Source: Thermoplasmata archaeon
GTDB taxonomy: Archaea > Thermoplasmatota > Thermoplasmata > Lutacidiplasmatales > UBA184
DNA length: 64,000 nucleotides
Reading direction: 5' to 3'
Assembly: GCA_030038655.1 (NCBI GenBank)
Contig: JASHSP010000113.1
Location: 5,420-69,419 of the forward strand
The translations under genes and the position numbers were made by a program. How positions within the stretch are numbered: the first letter of the stretch is position 1; each line of letters begins with the position of its first letter. Below the pieces are notes generated by a model. That model was not told the DNA's origin, did no database searches, and worked only from the letters and a program-made list of their open reading frames with translations. Positions 17,946 through 26,580 of the stretch are shown one piece after another.

Positions 17946-19481
17946 TCACCTCGATCTCGAAGCCGGCCCCGGCGCGGGTCCGCCGCGCCGGGCGCCCCGC
18001 GTCAAGAGCTGCGAGAGCTCGGTCACCTCGAGGTAGGCGGCTGCAAGATCGTTCTCCCGCACCAGCGCCATCGTTCGGCTGATCCGGGCCCGCGCCTCGA
18101 ATGAGGTCTGGCGGTCGAGTTGCAGGGTTTCCATCCGGGCGACCTCGCGCTTCAGAAGGCGCGTTACGGCCAGCGATCCCGGGGAGAGCCCGGCGAGGTC
18201 GTCGAATCCGGTCGGGCCCTCCGGCGGGGGGGCCGCGGTGGGCGGACGGGCCGGGGCGGATGTTCCCGACGCGGCCATCGAGGGTCGGCCCCCCGGCGCC
18301 CCGCCGGGCGTCGCGACCGGTCGCACGGCGTTCGAAGGGGCGCTGGAAGGGACCGTCCGAACCGGACCGGCGGGAGTGGCTCCCGGGGAAGAGTCCCCGG
18401 TGGCGGCGGGTGCCGGCAGCGGGGTCACCGGTGGATTGCTCACACCGGTCGGCCTCGGAGAACCCCCGCTCGGTCCCCCGGGATACCGGAACGTGTACGC
18501 CCACGTTCCGTCCAGCACCACGAAATCGAATCGGCTTGCGTCGCTGCCGCCCGGGCGAAGGATCGGCTTGCCGAGAGTGTCGGCGACCTTCACCAGGTCG
18601 GCGAATCGGTCGACCCGGATCAGCGACGCCGAGCCGACGACGGTCTCGGTCTCGGCGATCGCCTCCTCGTACGGCGCGATCATCTGCTCGAGCGGCGGGA
18701 CCGCCTCGTCCTCCGGCCGGCGGGTCGCGAACCAGAGGCTGCCTCCCAGTCCGCCGAGGGAGAGCGCGAGGGCCGTCGACGGCACGAGCGCGGTCGTCGC
18801 ACCGGTGCTGGTGCCGGCCGGGGGTGCGACGATCGCCCCGGAGCTCGAGTAGTTGAGCCCGGTCGGCGTGATGAGCGACCCCGCGAACGTCAGGTTCAGG
18901 ATCGGCGCCTCCGCGAACGGTTGGCGAATCCCCGCCACCGCGATCGAGCCGGTGATGTGCGGCTCGAGCGAGAGGACGAACTCCGTGCCCGCGAAGCCGA
19001 CCTGGCGGTTGATCGACTGGGCCAGGGCGACGACGGCGGAGACGTTCACGTCGTAGTGGCTGGGGAGGGCGAGGAAGGTCGCGTCGGTCAACGTCGTCTG
19101 GTTGGTCGACGCAAACAGCGGCTTCGACCAGACGGTCGTGGACAGGTCGACGCCGAGCGACTCGTTGACCGTGATGGACGCCGGACGATCGGCGACCAGG
19201 GCGTAGATCAGGCTGACGTTGATCCAGTTCGTGATCGGCGTGAACAGCGTGATGTTGCCGCCGTAGACCTCGGTGGAGTTGTTGTAGAGCACGCTCGCGT
19301 TGACGGCCGCGGCGAACGAGTTGGCGCCCGTCTGCGAGAACGTTGCGACCGTGGTGCCCGCCGCGTTCGAACCGGCCGGATGGACCTGGGCGTCCAAGTA
19401 GTAGGCCGCCCAGACGGTCGTGAGAACGAAGACGACCGCCAAGGCGGACGCGACGGTCCGAACCCGCGCCGAGACCCTCAC
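17946..19481 (-). CDS. DUF5305-like membrane protein (N-terminal TM, glycosylated ectodomain, TM, cytoplasmic domain)
   Basis: GTG start overlaps the sipW stop; C-terminal motif FADLVKVADTLGKPIL...FVVLDGTWAYTF; family typically sits next to archaeal signal peptidase genes. Confidence 0.65.
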   Translation of the reverse strand: MRVSARVRTVASALAVVFVLTTVWAAYYLDAQVHPAGSNAAGTTVATFSQTGANSFAAAVNASVLYNNSTEVYGGNITLFTPITNWINVSLIYALVADRPASITVNESLGVDLSTTVWSKPLFASTNQTTLTDATFLALPSHYDVNVSAVVALAQSINRQVGFAGTEFVLSLEPHITGSIAVAGIRQPFAEAPILNLTFAGSLITPTGLNYSSSGAIVAPPAGTSTGATTALVPSTALALSLGGLGGSLWFATRRPEDEAVPPLEQMIAPYEEAIAETETVVGSASLIRVDRFADLVKVADTLGKPILRPGGSDASRFDFVVLDGTWAYTFRYPGGPSGGSPRPTGVSNPPVTPLPAPAATGDSSPGATPAGPVRTVPSSAPSNAVRPVATPGGAPGGRPSMAASGTSAPARPPTAAPPPEGPTGFDDLAGLSPGSLAVTRLLKREVARMETLQLDRQTSFEARARISRTMALVRENDLAAAYLEVTELSQLLTRGARRGGPAPGPASRSR

Positions 19482-20836
19482 TTGCGCTCTCCTCGCCAGA
19501 CGACCGGAACCAGGATCGCGAGGAACACCACCGACGCGGCGAACAAGCGGTCCAGGATCAGGTAGCCCACGTACGGCACGTAGAAGACGACCGCCCCCAA
19601 GACATTCGCGTACGCGACCGTGCACGGGTCTTCCACGGGGTTGGCGTCGCCCTTCGTCTGGTAGACCCAGTCCGGTCCGCCGGAGACGATCCGGATCACC
19701 CGATGGACGGTCGGCGACGGCAGGCAATGGACGTCGAACGCGATGATGGTGCCGACCTTGATGTCGGCCGGTGCGACGTGCTCCACGACCACGAGTTCGC
19801 CCCGATGGAACGTCGGAACCATGCTGCCCGTCGCGATCGCGAGCACCGGCGACGGGGTGCCGAGGACGACGGGCAGGCCGTAGACAAACGAGATCGCGAC
19901 GACTCCGACGACGGCCGCGCTGACGAACGTTCCCCGGAGAGCGGCGCGCTCGCGGGCGCGACTACGGAACCGGAATCGGCGCGGGCCGATGCGCTCGCCC
20001 AGGTAGCGGAGTTTCTGCAGCCGGGGTTCCTCGAGCCCGAGCCCGACGATGACCAGGACCACGGCGTAGGCGACCAGCGCCGCGGCGAACTCGGTCTCCC
20101 ACCCCGGGAACCGGGCGGCGTAGGGCAGGAGCGTCGTCAGCGCCGAAACTCCGGCGGCCAGCGTGATGGGGCCCACCAGGCTCCAGCGGGTCTTGTACAG
20201 GTAGAAGGCCAGCACGATCCCCGCGACGAACGAAAGGATCGTCGTGGAGAAGAGGAACTGCACGGCGGCCGTCGGCCCGAGGAGCGGGAGGGCTCGGAGA
20301 TCGGTCGCGTTGAGGGCGTACATCCCGGCAGCGGCCAGCATGGCCGCCCGGAGCGGAAGGACCCGCGTGAGGGTACGGAACACGTACCCGAAGAACAGCC
20401 CGACCTCGGCGAGCGCGAGAACGGGGGTGCTCAGCAGCAGCAGCCCGAACGGGATGGGGGGGGTCGGCACGAGCTTGCCGAACCCGAACAAAAATCCCGG
20501 GTCGATCGACACGGCGAGGTAGAGCAGGATGAGCAGGGCGGCGAACGTCATGCTCGCCGACAGCGGCTCGCGAAGCGCGAACCCAAAATCGCGAAGGGGG
20601 CGCCGCTCCAGCTTCGCGGCGAGGAGGAGGAGGCCGACGAGCGCGGCGCCCAGGGCGAACAGACCGAGGTAGCTGCCGTAGCCGGTGAGCCACCGGACGA
20701 GGAAGCCGTAGACCTGCGTCGTCAGGATCGCGGCGGCGGCGATCCCAAGCGCCATCGCGAGGCTCTGGCGGCGGGATAGTCCTCCCGCGGGTGGCGATGC
20801 GAGGGCCGTGCGGGGCACGGTGGCGGCCACGCTCAC
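19478..20836 (-). CDS. sipW: fusion of a CPBP/Abi-like intramembrane domain and a SipW-type (S26B) signal peptidase I
   Basis: C-terminal TGSMVPT...VHRV...YQTKGDAN...D Ser/His peptidase motifs; N-terminal multi-TM domain with degenerate CPBP motif AEVGLFFGY. Confidence 0.8.
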   Translation of the reverse strand: MSVAATVPRTALASPPAGGLSRRQSLAMALGIAAAAILTTQVYGFLVRWLTGYGSYLGLFALGAALVGLLLLAAKLERRPLRDFGFALREPLSASMTFAALLILLYLAVSIDPGFLFGFGKLVPTPPIPFGLLLLSTPVLALAEVGLFFGYVFRTLTRVLPLRAAMLAAAGMYALNATDLRALPLLGPTAAVQFLFSTTILSFVAGIVLAFYLYKTRWSLVGPITLAAGVSALTTLLPYAARFPGWETEFAAALVAYAVVLVIVGLGLEEPRLQKLRYLGERIGPRRFRFRSRARERAALRGTFVSAAVVGVVAISFVYGLPVVLGTPSPVLAIATGSMVPTFHRGELVVVEHVAPADIKVGTIIAFDVHCLPSPTVHRVIRIVSGGPDWVYQTKGDANPVEDPCTVAYANVLGAVVFYVPYVGYLILDRLFAASVVFLAILVPVVWRGERK

Positions 20837-20837
20837 C

Positions 20838-21539
20838 TCACTTTCGGGATCGGGCGCGGGCCGAGCGGCGGATGTTGACCGATGCCGGCATGACGGCGAG
20901 ATCCCCCCGGGCCCCCGAATCTAGGCGCGGCCCCACGACGGGGGCTTGCCCGTCACGCAACCACCAGCGCTCGATCGAGTCGATCGGAAGTCCCGGGTCG
21001 GGGAACCGCTCCCCCGGGGAGACGAGTCCCCCGGACCGTCCGATGTGCGGAAGGGCGATCTCCGCGAGGGCGATCCTCGAGACCGTGCGCCCATGCGAGG
21101 AACTTCGTGGGCCCTGTCCCAGGGGAGCACCCCCGAGCGAACGGTACAGCTCACCCAGGATCGATTCGAACTCGGCGGTCTTGGCCAGCAACCGCTCGAT
21201 GGAATCCAGCACTGCCTCGGCGCGAACGGTGAGGCGGAACCCGCCCGGCGTCGGTCGCACCAGGTCGAAGGCGATGCCGAAGTTGAGGTACCGCCGGAAG
21301 GAGGAGGGGTTCAGGTTGGCCAGCCCGATGATCCGGGTCTTTTTCGGCTCCTGCCGAACCGCCCGGAGGAAGTCACGGAGGACTTCGACCCTCGTGCGGT
21401 AGCCCGCCTCCTCGCGCTGCGTCGACAGCCCCCCCCTACGCCCCGGACCCGCGCCGAGGCGGCGCGGGCTGCTGCGTGCCCTGGGACCCCCCCCAAAGTA
21501 TATGAGGGCTTGGTCAAGCCAAGACCCGACTTCGCGCAC
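20838..21539 (-). CDS. winged helix-turn-helix regulator (HTH_45-like); true start probably downstream, near 21430
   Basis: RTRVEVLRDFL...KKTRIIGLANLNPSSFRRYL...FRLTVRA. Confidence 0.7.
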   Translation of the reverse strand: MREVGSWLDQALIYFGGGPRARSSPRRLGAGPGRRGGLSTQREEAGYRTRVEVLRDFLRAVRQEPKKTRIIGLANLNPSSFRRYLNFGIAFDLVRPTPGGFRLTVRAEAVLDSIERLLAKTAEFESILGELYRSLGGAPLGQGPRSSSHGRTVSRIALAEIALPHIGRSGGLVSPGERFPDPGLPIDSIERWWLRDGQAPVVGPRLDSGARGDLAVMPASVNIRRSARARSRK

Positions 21540-21631
21540 GACTCGCCGTTTCCCCGGGCACCCCTTTCGGTTCCCGGTCCGAGGGCGCTTGCGGGGCGGG
21601 GTCCCCGCGCGTGGTCGGAACCGCCACCCGT

Positions 21632-22306
21632 TCAGACCGGGATCGAGTAGCGGACGATCGGGCTGTCGATGTACTCGAGCACCCGGTCCTTGCCGAGCTC
21701 GCCGGCGGTCCGGAAGGCGAGGGGAAGCAACCGGTCCCGATCGGCCGCACTCAGTGCGGGGATCTCCGTCAGCACGGTAGCGACCGGCGCGACGTGCCGG
21801 TCGAAGGACGCGAGTACCGCGGCAAAGTTCGGGAAGGCAAGTTGGAACAGTTGCAGCTGCAGCTCCACGCCGGAAGGTATTGGTAAGGCGAGGTAGCTCT
21901 TCATCTCGTAGAACCGGTCGCGTCCGTTCCAGTAGTCGGGCTGGGCATAGAATCCGGCGCGCTCGTTGATCAGGACCAGGCGGCTCTTCGGTCGAAGCAG
22001 CCCCATCACCTCGCTCCGCCGGAACGCTTGCAGCACCCCCGCCACCTGGGCCAGCTGCTTATCCCGGTCCGCGGGGACAAGGGACAGGTCCGCGTCCGCC
22101 AGCTCGCCGTCGAGCGTTTCCGCGGCGAGCCGGTTCATCGCGGCGGCGGTCGGCCGGCGGGACGCGCGGAACTCGTGGCTGTACCGGGAGAGCACGCTGT
22201 CGATGGCCCGTCCGACGGCGAGACCGAGCTCGTCGCGCTCGGTCACCGGGCGGGGGTGCACGGCCTGGACGATCTCGTACGCCGCAAGCGTCCGGACGGT
22301 CGTCAT
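21632..22306 (-). CDS. PD-(D/E)XK nuclease-like protein
   Basis: AQPDY...YEMKS...LQLQLF, a RecB/Cas4-like motif set. Confidence 0.6.
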   Translation of the reverse strand: MTTVRTLAAYEIVQAVHPRPVTERDELGLAVGRAIDSVLSRYSHEFRASRRPTAAAMNRLAAETLDGELADADLSLVPADRDKQLAQVAGVLQAFRRSEVMGLLRPKSRLVLINERAGFYAQPDYWNGRDRFYEMKSYLALPIPSGVELQLQLFQLAFPNFAAVLASFDRHVAPVATVLTEIPALSAADRDRLLPLAFRTAGELGKDRVLEYIDSPIVRYSIPV

Positions 22307-22490
22307 CGTCGCGCCCCGCGAACGCCATCCTCCGGAAGCAAAGGCCGTGACGGCTCGACGCCGGGACAACACTCTTGGGCCCGCGCGGGCGTAGGGTGCG
22401 TGGGGGGCGGCACGATGGGTTCCGTCGATGCGCGAGGGGTACCGCTCCGGAGATCGCGCTCCTCACGGCCCGGGGGTTGGTGACGCGCCG

Positions 22491-22628
22491 ATGGAATCGG
22501 GACCGAGCTCCGTGCGGTGCCCGCAGTGCGGGAAGCTCGTCCCGGTGACCCCCGACTGGCGGCTGGTGCAATGCCCGGAGTGCGGGGCGGTCGTCAGCCG
22601 GATGGATACGGACGAGCGGTTCGACTGA
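22491..22628 (+). CDS. 45-aa zinc-ribbon protein
   Basis: CPQCG...CPECG; GGTGA RBS upstream. Confidence 0.65.
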   Translation: MESGPSSVRCPQCGKLVPVTPDWRLVQCPECGAVVSRMDTDERFD

Positions 22629-22658
22629 CCGTCGTCCCCCGGGGGCCGCCGACTCGCC

Positions 22659-23456
22659 TCAAGCGGGCGCCGACGACGCGGGATCCGCCCAACGTCGCGG
22701 GTTCCACGTCGCCAGCGCCTCGACCCGATGGTACGTGACCGTCCGGTCCCCGACCTGCTCGCGAGCAAGGGCCACCGCCTTCTGGAGCGCCTCGGGCGGG
22801 ACGGCGAGCAGGTTCCGGTGGCCGCGCTTGGCCAGGTGGTCGATCCGATCGCGAACGGACTCCGTGACGTCGCGTTCGCTGAGAACCGTGAGAGCGTCCG
22901 GGGGGAGTCGGGCGAGGAGGTCCCGCTCCTTGGCTCGCGGGCTGGCCCGCGGCGGGATCGGGTACCCCTGCTCGCGCAGGATCTTCCGGACGAGCTGGCG
23001 CGGGCCGTCCTCCCGACGGTCCTCCTCACGCCCGTCGTTCGCCCGCGGGTGCACGAGGGCGAACGTCCCGACGCGGCTCACCCGTGACGCCTCGCGGAGG
23101 GCGCGCTCCGGGTCCTCGAGCACGTGCAGCACGTGGACGAAGAGGGTCGCGTCGAAGGCGGACTCCCCGAACGGGAGCCGATAGCCGCTCCCCCGGACGA
23201 GCCGCACGAGGCCCTTCGCGCGCGCCTTCGCGAGCATCCCCCTCGATGCGTCCACGCCGGTGACGTCGATCCGTCGGTCCGTGAGAGGTCGGGCGACGCG
23301 CCCGGTACCGACACCGACCTCGAGGACCGAGGATGCGCCCGCGTGGCGGAGCGCCTCGGCGACCCCGTCGACGGTCGCGGGGTCGAGCGGGTCCCGGGTC
23401 TCGTCGTAGACGACGGAGATCTGGTCGAACTCCGCGGCGACGTCGCGGGTAGGCAT
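22659..23456 (-). CDS. class I SAM-dependent methyltransferase
   Basis: VLEVGVGTG, GVDAS, LPF..FDA, VHVLH motifs. Confidence 0.85.
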   Translation of the reverse strand: MPTRDVAAEFDQISVVYDETRDPLDPATVDGVAEALRHAGASSVLEVGVGTGRVARPLTDRRIDVTGVDASRGMLAKARAKGLVRLVRGSGYRLPFGESAFDATLFVHVLHVLEDPERALREASRVSRVGTFALVHPRANDGREEDRREDGPRQLVRKILREQGYPIPPRASPRAKERDLLARLPPDALTVLSERDVTESVRDRIDHLAKRGHRNLLAVPPEALQKAVALAREQVGDRTVTYHRVEALATWNPRRWADPASSAPA

Positions 23457-23511
23457 CGGACTCCGGCGCGGCCGTCCTCAAGGGTGCGGGCCCGGCCGCA
23501 GCGGGGGGCCC

Positions 23512-26394
23512 TTACGCCGTGCCCGGCTCCCCGAGCGGGCGGGCGACCGCGGTACCGGCCCGGGCGCGCGAGACCGCGGCCACGTCGAGCGCGTTCAGGA
23601 GCGGCGCACCGGAGCTCTTCGCGACGAACGTCACCGGCTCGACGAGCGCGGCGCCCTTCACGGCCACGTGGTGCGGTGCTCCGGGCGACGTGTACCCCAC
23701 CACCGGGCCCACGAGGACCGGGTAGCTGCCGTTTCCGAGGTGGAAGACGATCGACGTGGACGTGGAGTTCTTGACCACGCCGGAGATCGTCACGTTCCAA
23801 ACCGTGCCCGACGGAAGACCGGTCTCGGTGAAGATCACCGCGTAGGTCCAGGCGTACGCCAGCGCCATCGCCAGGTTCTTCGTCTCCACGGCCAGCGAGC
23901 CCGTGAGCGGGACCGTCTTGCCGCCCAGCTTCGCCGTGATAAGGCGGGCTCCGTGCGCCGCGATGGAGTACGCGTAGTTGCCGGGCGTCAGGTTCAGGAC
24001 GACCAGCATGGTGGACGTGGAGCAGCGCTGCCAAGACTCGAGCGCGACGCACCAGGCGGACCCGGTCGGGAGCTGCGATTCCTTGAACGTCAGCGTATAG
24101 GTCTTGGCGGTGAGGAACGTGAAGCTCACGACCACCGACGTGCCGGTGACGTTGACGGTCCCAGCCGGCGGGACCCCCGAGACCCGCTGGCCCGACGGCC
24201 CCGCGAGCAGGTAGGAGTATGACCCGTTGGAGACGAAAAACGGAACGGCGGTGAGGTCCGAGACGACCGGGAGTCCATCCAGGACCACCGTCCAGGTCGT
24301 GTTGGCCGGCAGGCCGGTCTGCCGGAACGTCACGGAGAGGGTCTGCGTGTTGCGAAGCACCGAAACCGTGCCGGTGGCCATGTCGGCGACGTACGCGACG
24401 GAGTTCGCCGAATCGTAGTCCGCGGCCTCGGGATTGTTGCCGACGGGGATCGTCGACGCCACGGAGTTCGTGGCGTCCGCGATCACGGTGGTCGTGTTCG
24501 ACTCGAAGTTCGCGACCAGAATATCCGCGGCCAGCCGGCCCTGGTACGTCAGCGAGACCGGGTCGGACCCTACGTCGACGGTCGCGGTGACCTTGTCCGT
24601 GAGGTCGGAGATTACGCTCACGTTGTCCGAGCCCGAGTTCGCGACGAAGATCTCCCCCCGTCCGCTGTCGTAGGCCAGGGCGGCGGGCGCGGTGCCCGTG
24701 TGAACGGTGGCGACCACGACGTCCACCACGTCCAGGATCACGCTCAGGTTGTTCGAGCCGGCGTTCGCGACGAACGTCTCGTTGACCCCGCTGTCGTAGA
24801 CGATCGCGTCCGGGTCGACACCCACGGGTACCGAGGCGCCGATGGTGCCGGACGTGAGGTTGTACACGGTGACGTTGTTCGACTGCGAGTTCGCGACGAG
24901 CAGCGCGTTGCGCGTCGGGTCGAAGGCGAGACCCGCGGGACCGAAGCCCACGGGGATGCTCTGGATTACCTTGCCGGTCGTATCGGAGATGACACTGAGG
25001 TTGTTCGAGCCGAGGTTGGCGACGTACATCCGCCCGAGCTCGCTGTCGTAAACCATGCTGACGGGATCGGTGCCGACCCGGACAGTGGACACGATCGAGT
25101 TGCTCGCAGCGGAGAGGATGTCCACCGTGTCGGACAGGCTGTCCGCCACGAACTGCTGACCGGTCCCGCTGTCGTAGGCGACGGCGTCGGGGGTCGCCGC
25201 GAGTGCGACCGTCCCGACCACCGTGCTCGTAAGGCCGTCCAGGACGGAGACGTTGTCCGTTCCGGAGTTCGTCACGTACAGGCGGTCGGTGGTGGAGTCG
25301 AACACGACGCCCGCGGGGTCCCCCCCCACGTCCGCGTGCGCTACGACCGTGTTGTAGACGTCCGAGATGATGCTGAGGTTGTCGGTGAACGAGTTGGCGA
25401 CCACGACCTCCTTGTTCGCGGGGTCGTAGGCGAGAGCATCCGGCCCGGTCCCGACCGCCACGGAGGCGACGACCTTCCCGGACGTGTCCGAGACGATGCT
25501 CACGTTGCCCGAGAAGTAGTTCGCCACGAACACCTCCTTCTTCTGGGTGTCGTAAGCGAGCGCGACCGGTTCGATGCCCACCGGAACCGCGGCGACCACC
25601 TTGTCGGTCGTGACGGAGATCCCGAGGATGCTGTTCGACCCTTCGTCCGCGACCCACACCACGCGCTTGGCCGCGTCGTAGACGAGCGCCACCGGCTTCG
25701 AGCCCACCGCGATGGACTTCAGGACGCTGCTGTTGTTGCCGTCCCTCAGGACGCTCACGTTGTCGGAGCCCGAGTTGGCGACGAAGATCTCGCTCTTCCC
25801 AGGATCGTATGCCAGCGCAACCGGGGAGGCGCCGACCGTGACGTTCTTCAGGACCGTGTCGTTCACGTCGGCGATGACACTCACGTTGCCCGTGGGGGCG
25901 GTGCCGTTCTCGTTCGCCACGAACGTCTCCTTCTTTCCGCTGTCGTAGGCCACCGCGACGGTGCCGTTCCAGAGTGGGACGTCGGCGACGACCGCGTCGG
26001 ACGTTCCCGAGATCACCGTGACGTTGTTCGCCTTCGAGTCGGCAACGAAGATCTGCTTGAGCACGGGGTCATACGACACCCCCACCGGCCCGTAGGCGTT
26101 GACCGCCAGGAAGTTGCCCGGCTGGAGCGTGTCGTTCGGGAGAACAAGGGTCTCGCTGACCGTGGGCACCGAGACCAACGGGTGGACCTCCGCGGGAGCC
26201 CGGCCGCCCGTCGTCGTTCCCTGCGGCTCGGTCCCGGGGACCGGTGCCCCACGGAGCGACGTGGCCGAAGGGGCCAGGACTGCGCCGACGATGCCCCCGG
26301 TGGTCAGCATCAGGGCGGCCACGGCTGCGGCGAAGAGCAGCACCGGCCAGTTCGGAGAATGTCCCGCGCCCGCTGGCCTACTTTCCGTCTTCAT
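23512..26394 (-). CDS. YVTN/YncE beta-propeller surface protein (~14 blades) with three C-terminal ETGLP-type domains
   Basis: Signal peptide; 14 repeats of VGxxPxxxxYD...FVANxxSxNVSVI. Confidence 0.85.
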   Translation of the reverse strand: MKTESRPAGAGHSPNWPVLLFAAAVAALMLTTGGIVGAVLAPSATSLRGAPVPGTEPQGTTTGGRAPAEVHPLVSVPTVSETLVLPNDTLQPGNFLAVNAYGPVGVSYDPVLKQIFVADSKANNVTVISGTSDAVVADVPLWNGTVAVAYDSGKKETFVANENGTAPTGNVSVIADVNDTVLKNVTVGASPVALAYDPGKSEIFVANSGSDNVSVLRDGNNSSVLKSIAVGSKPVALVYDAAKRVVWVADEGSNSILGISVTTDKVVAAVPVGIEPVALAYDTQKKEVFVANYFSGNVSIVSDTSGKVVASVAVGTGPDALAYDPANKEVVVANSFTDNLSIISDVYNTVVAHADVGGDPAGVVFDSTTDRLYVTNSGTDNVSVLDGLTSTVVGTVALAATPDAVAYDSGTGQQFVADSLSDTVDILSAASNSIVSTVRVGTDPVSMVYDSELGRMYVANLGSNNLSVISDTTGKVIQSIPVGFGPAGLAFDPTRNALLVANSQSNNVTVYNLTSGTIGASVPVGVDPDAIVYDSGVNETFVANAGSNNLSVILDVVDVVVATVHTGTAPAALAYDSGRGEIFVANSGSDNVSVISDLTDKVTATVDVGSDPVSLTYQGRLAADILVANFESNTTTVIADATNSVASTIPVGNNPEAADYDSANSVAYVADMATGTVSVLRNTQTLSVTFRQTGLPANTTWTVVLDGLPVVSDLTAVPFFVSNGSYSYLLAGPSGQRVSGVPPAGTVNVTGTSVVVSFTFLTAKTYTLTFKESQLPTGSAWCVALESWQRCSTSTMLVVLNLTPGNYAYSIAAHGARLITAKLGGKTVPLTGSLAVETKNLAMALAYAWTYAVIFTETGLPSGTVWNVTISGVVKNSTSTSIVFHLGNGSYPVLVGPVVGYTSPGAPHHVAVKGAALVEPVTFVAKSSGAPLLNALDVAAVSRARAGTAVARPLGEPGTA

Positions 26395-26580
26395 CCGCGG
26401 AGTCCCGCGCCGGCAGTTCGACCGATGGGCTTCGTTCGCTTAAACCTTGGCGGCGCTTGCCCCCGTCGGCAAAAGCGGTACGGGACCGGAAACGGTGCCG
26501 CGCTGGGCGGGTCCGAGCGCCCCTTGCCGGTCCAGGCCGGCGCGGCGGAATGCCGCACCGGCCCGTTGTGGACGCCGATC

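Noticed and set aside
21632..22306. Cas4 / CRISPR adaptation gene
   Set aside because: Lacks the four-Cys cluster; no cas genes or array in the window
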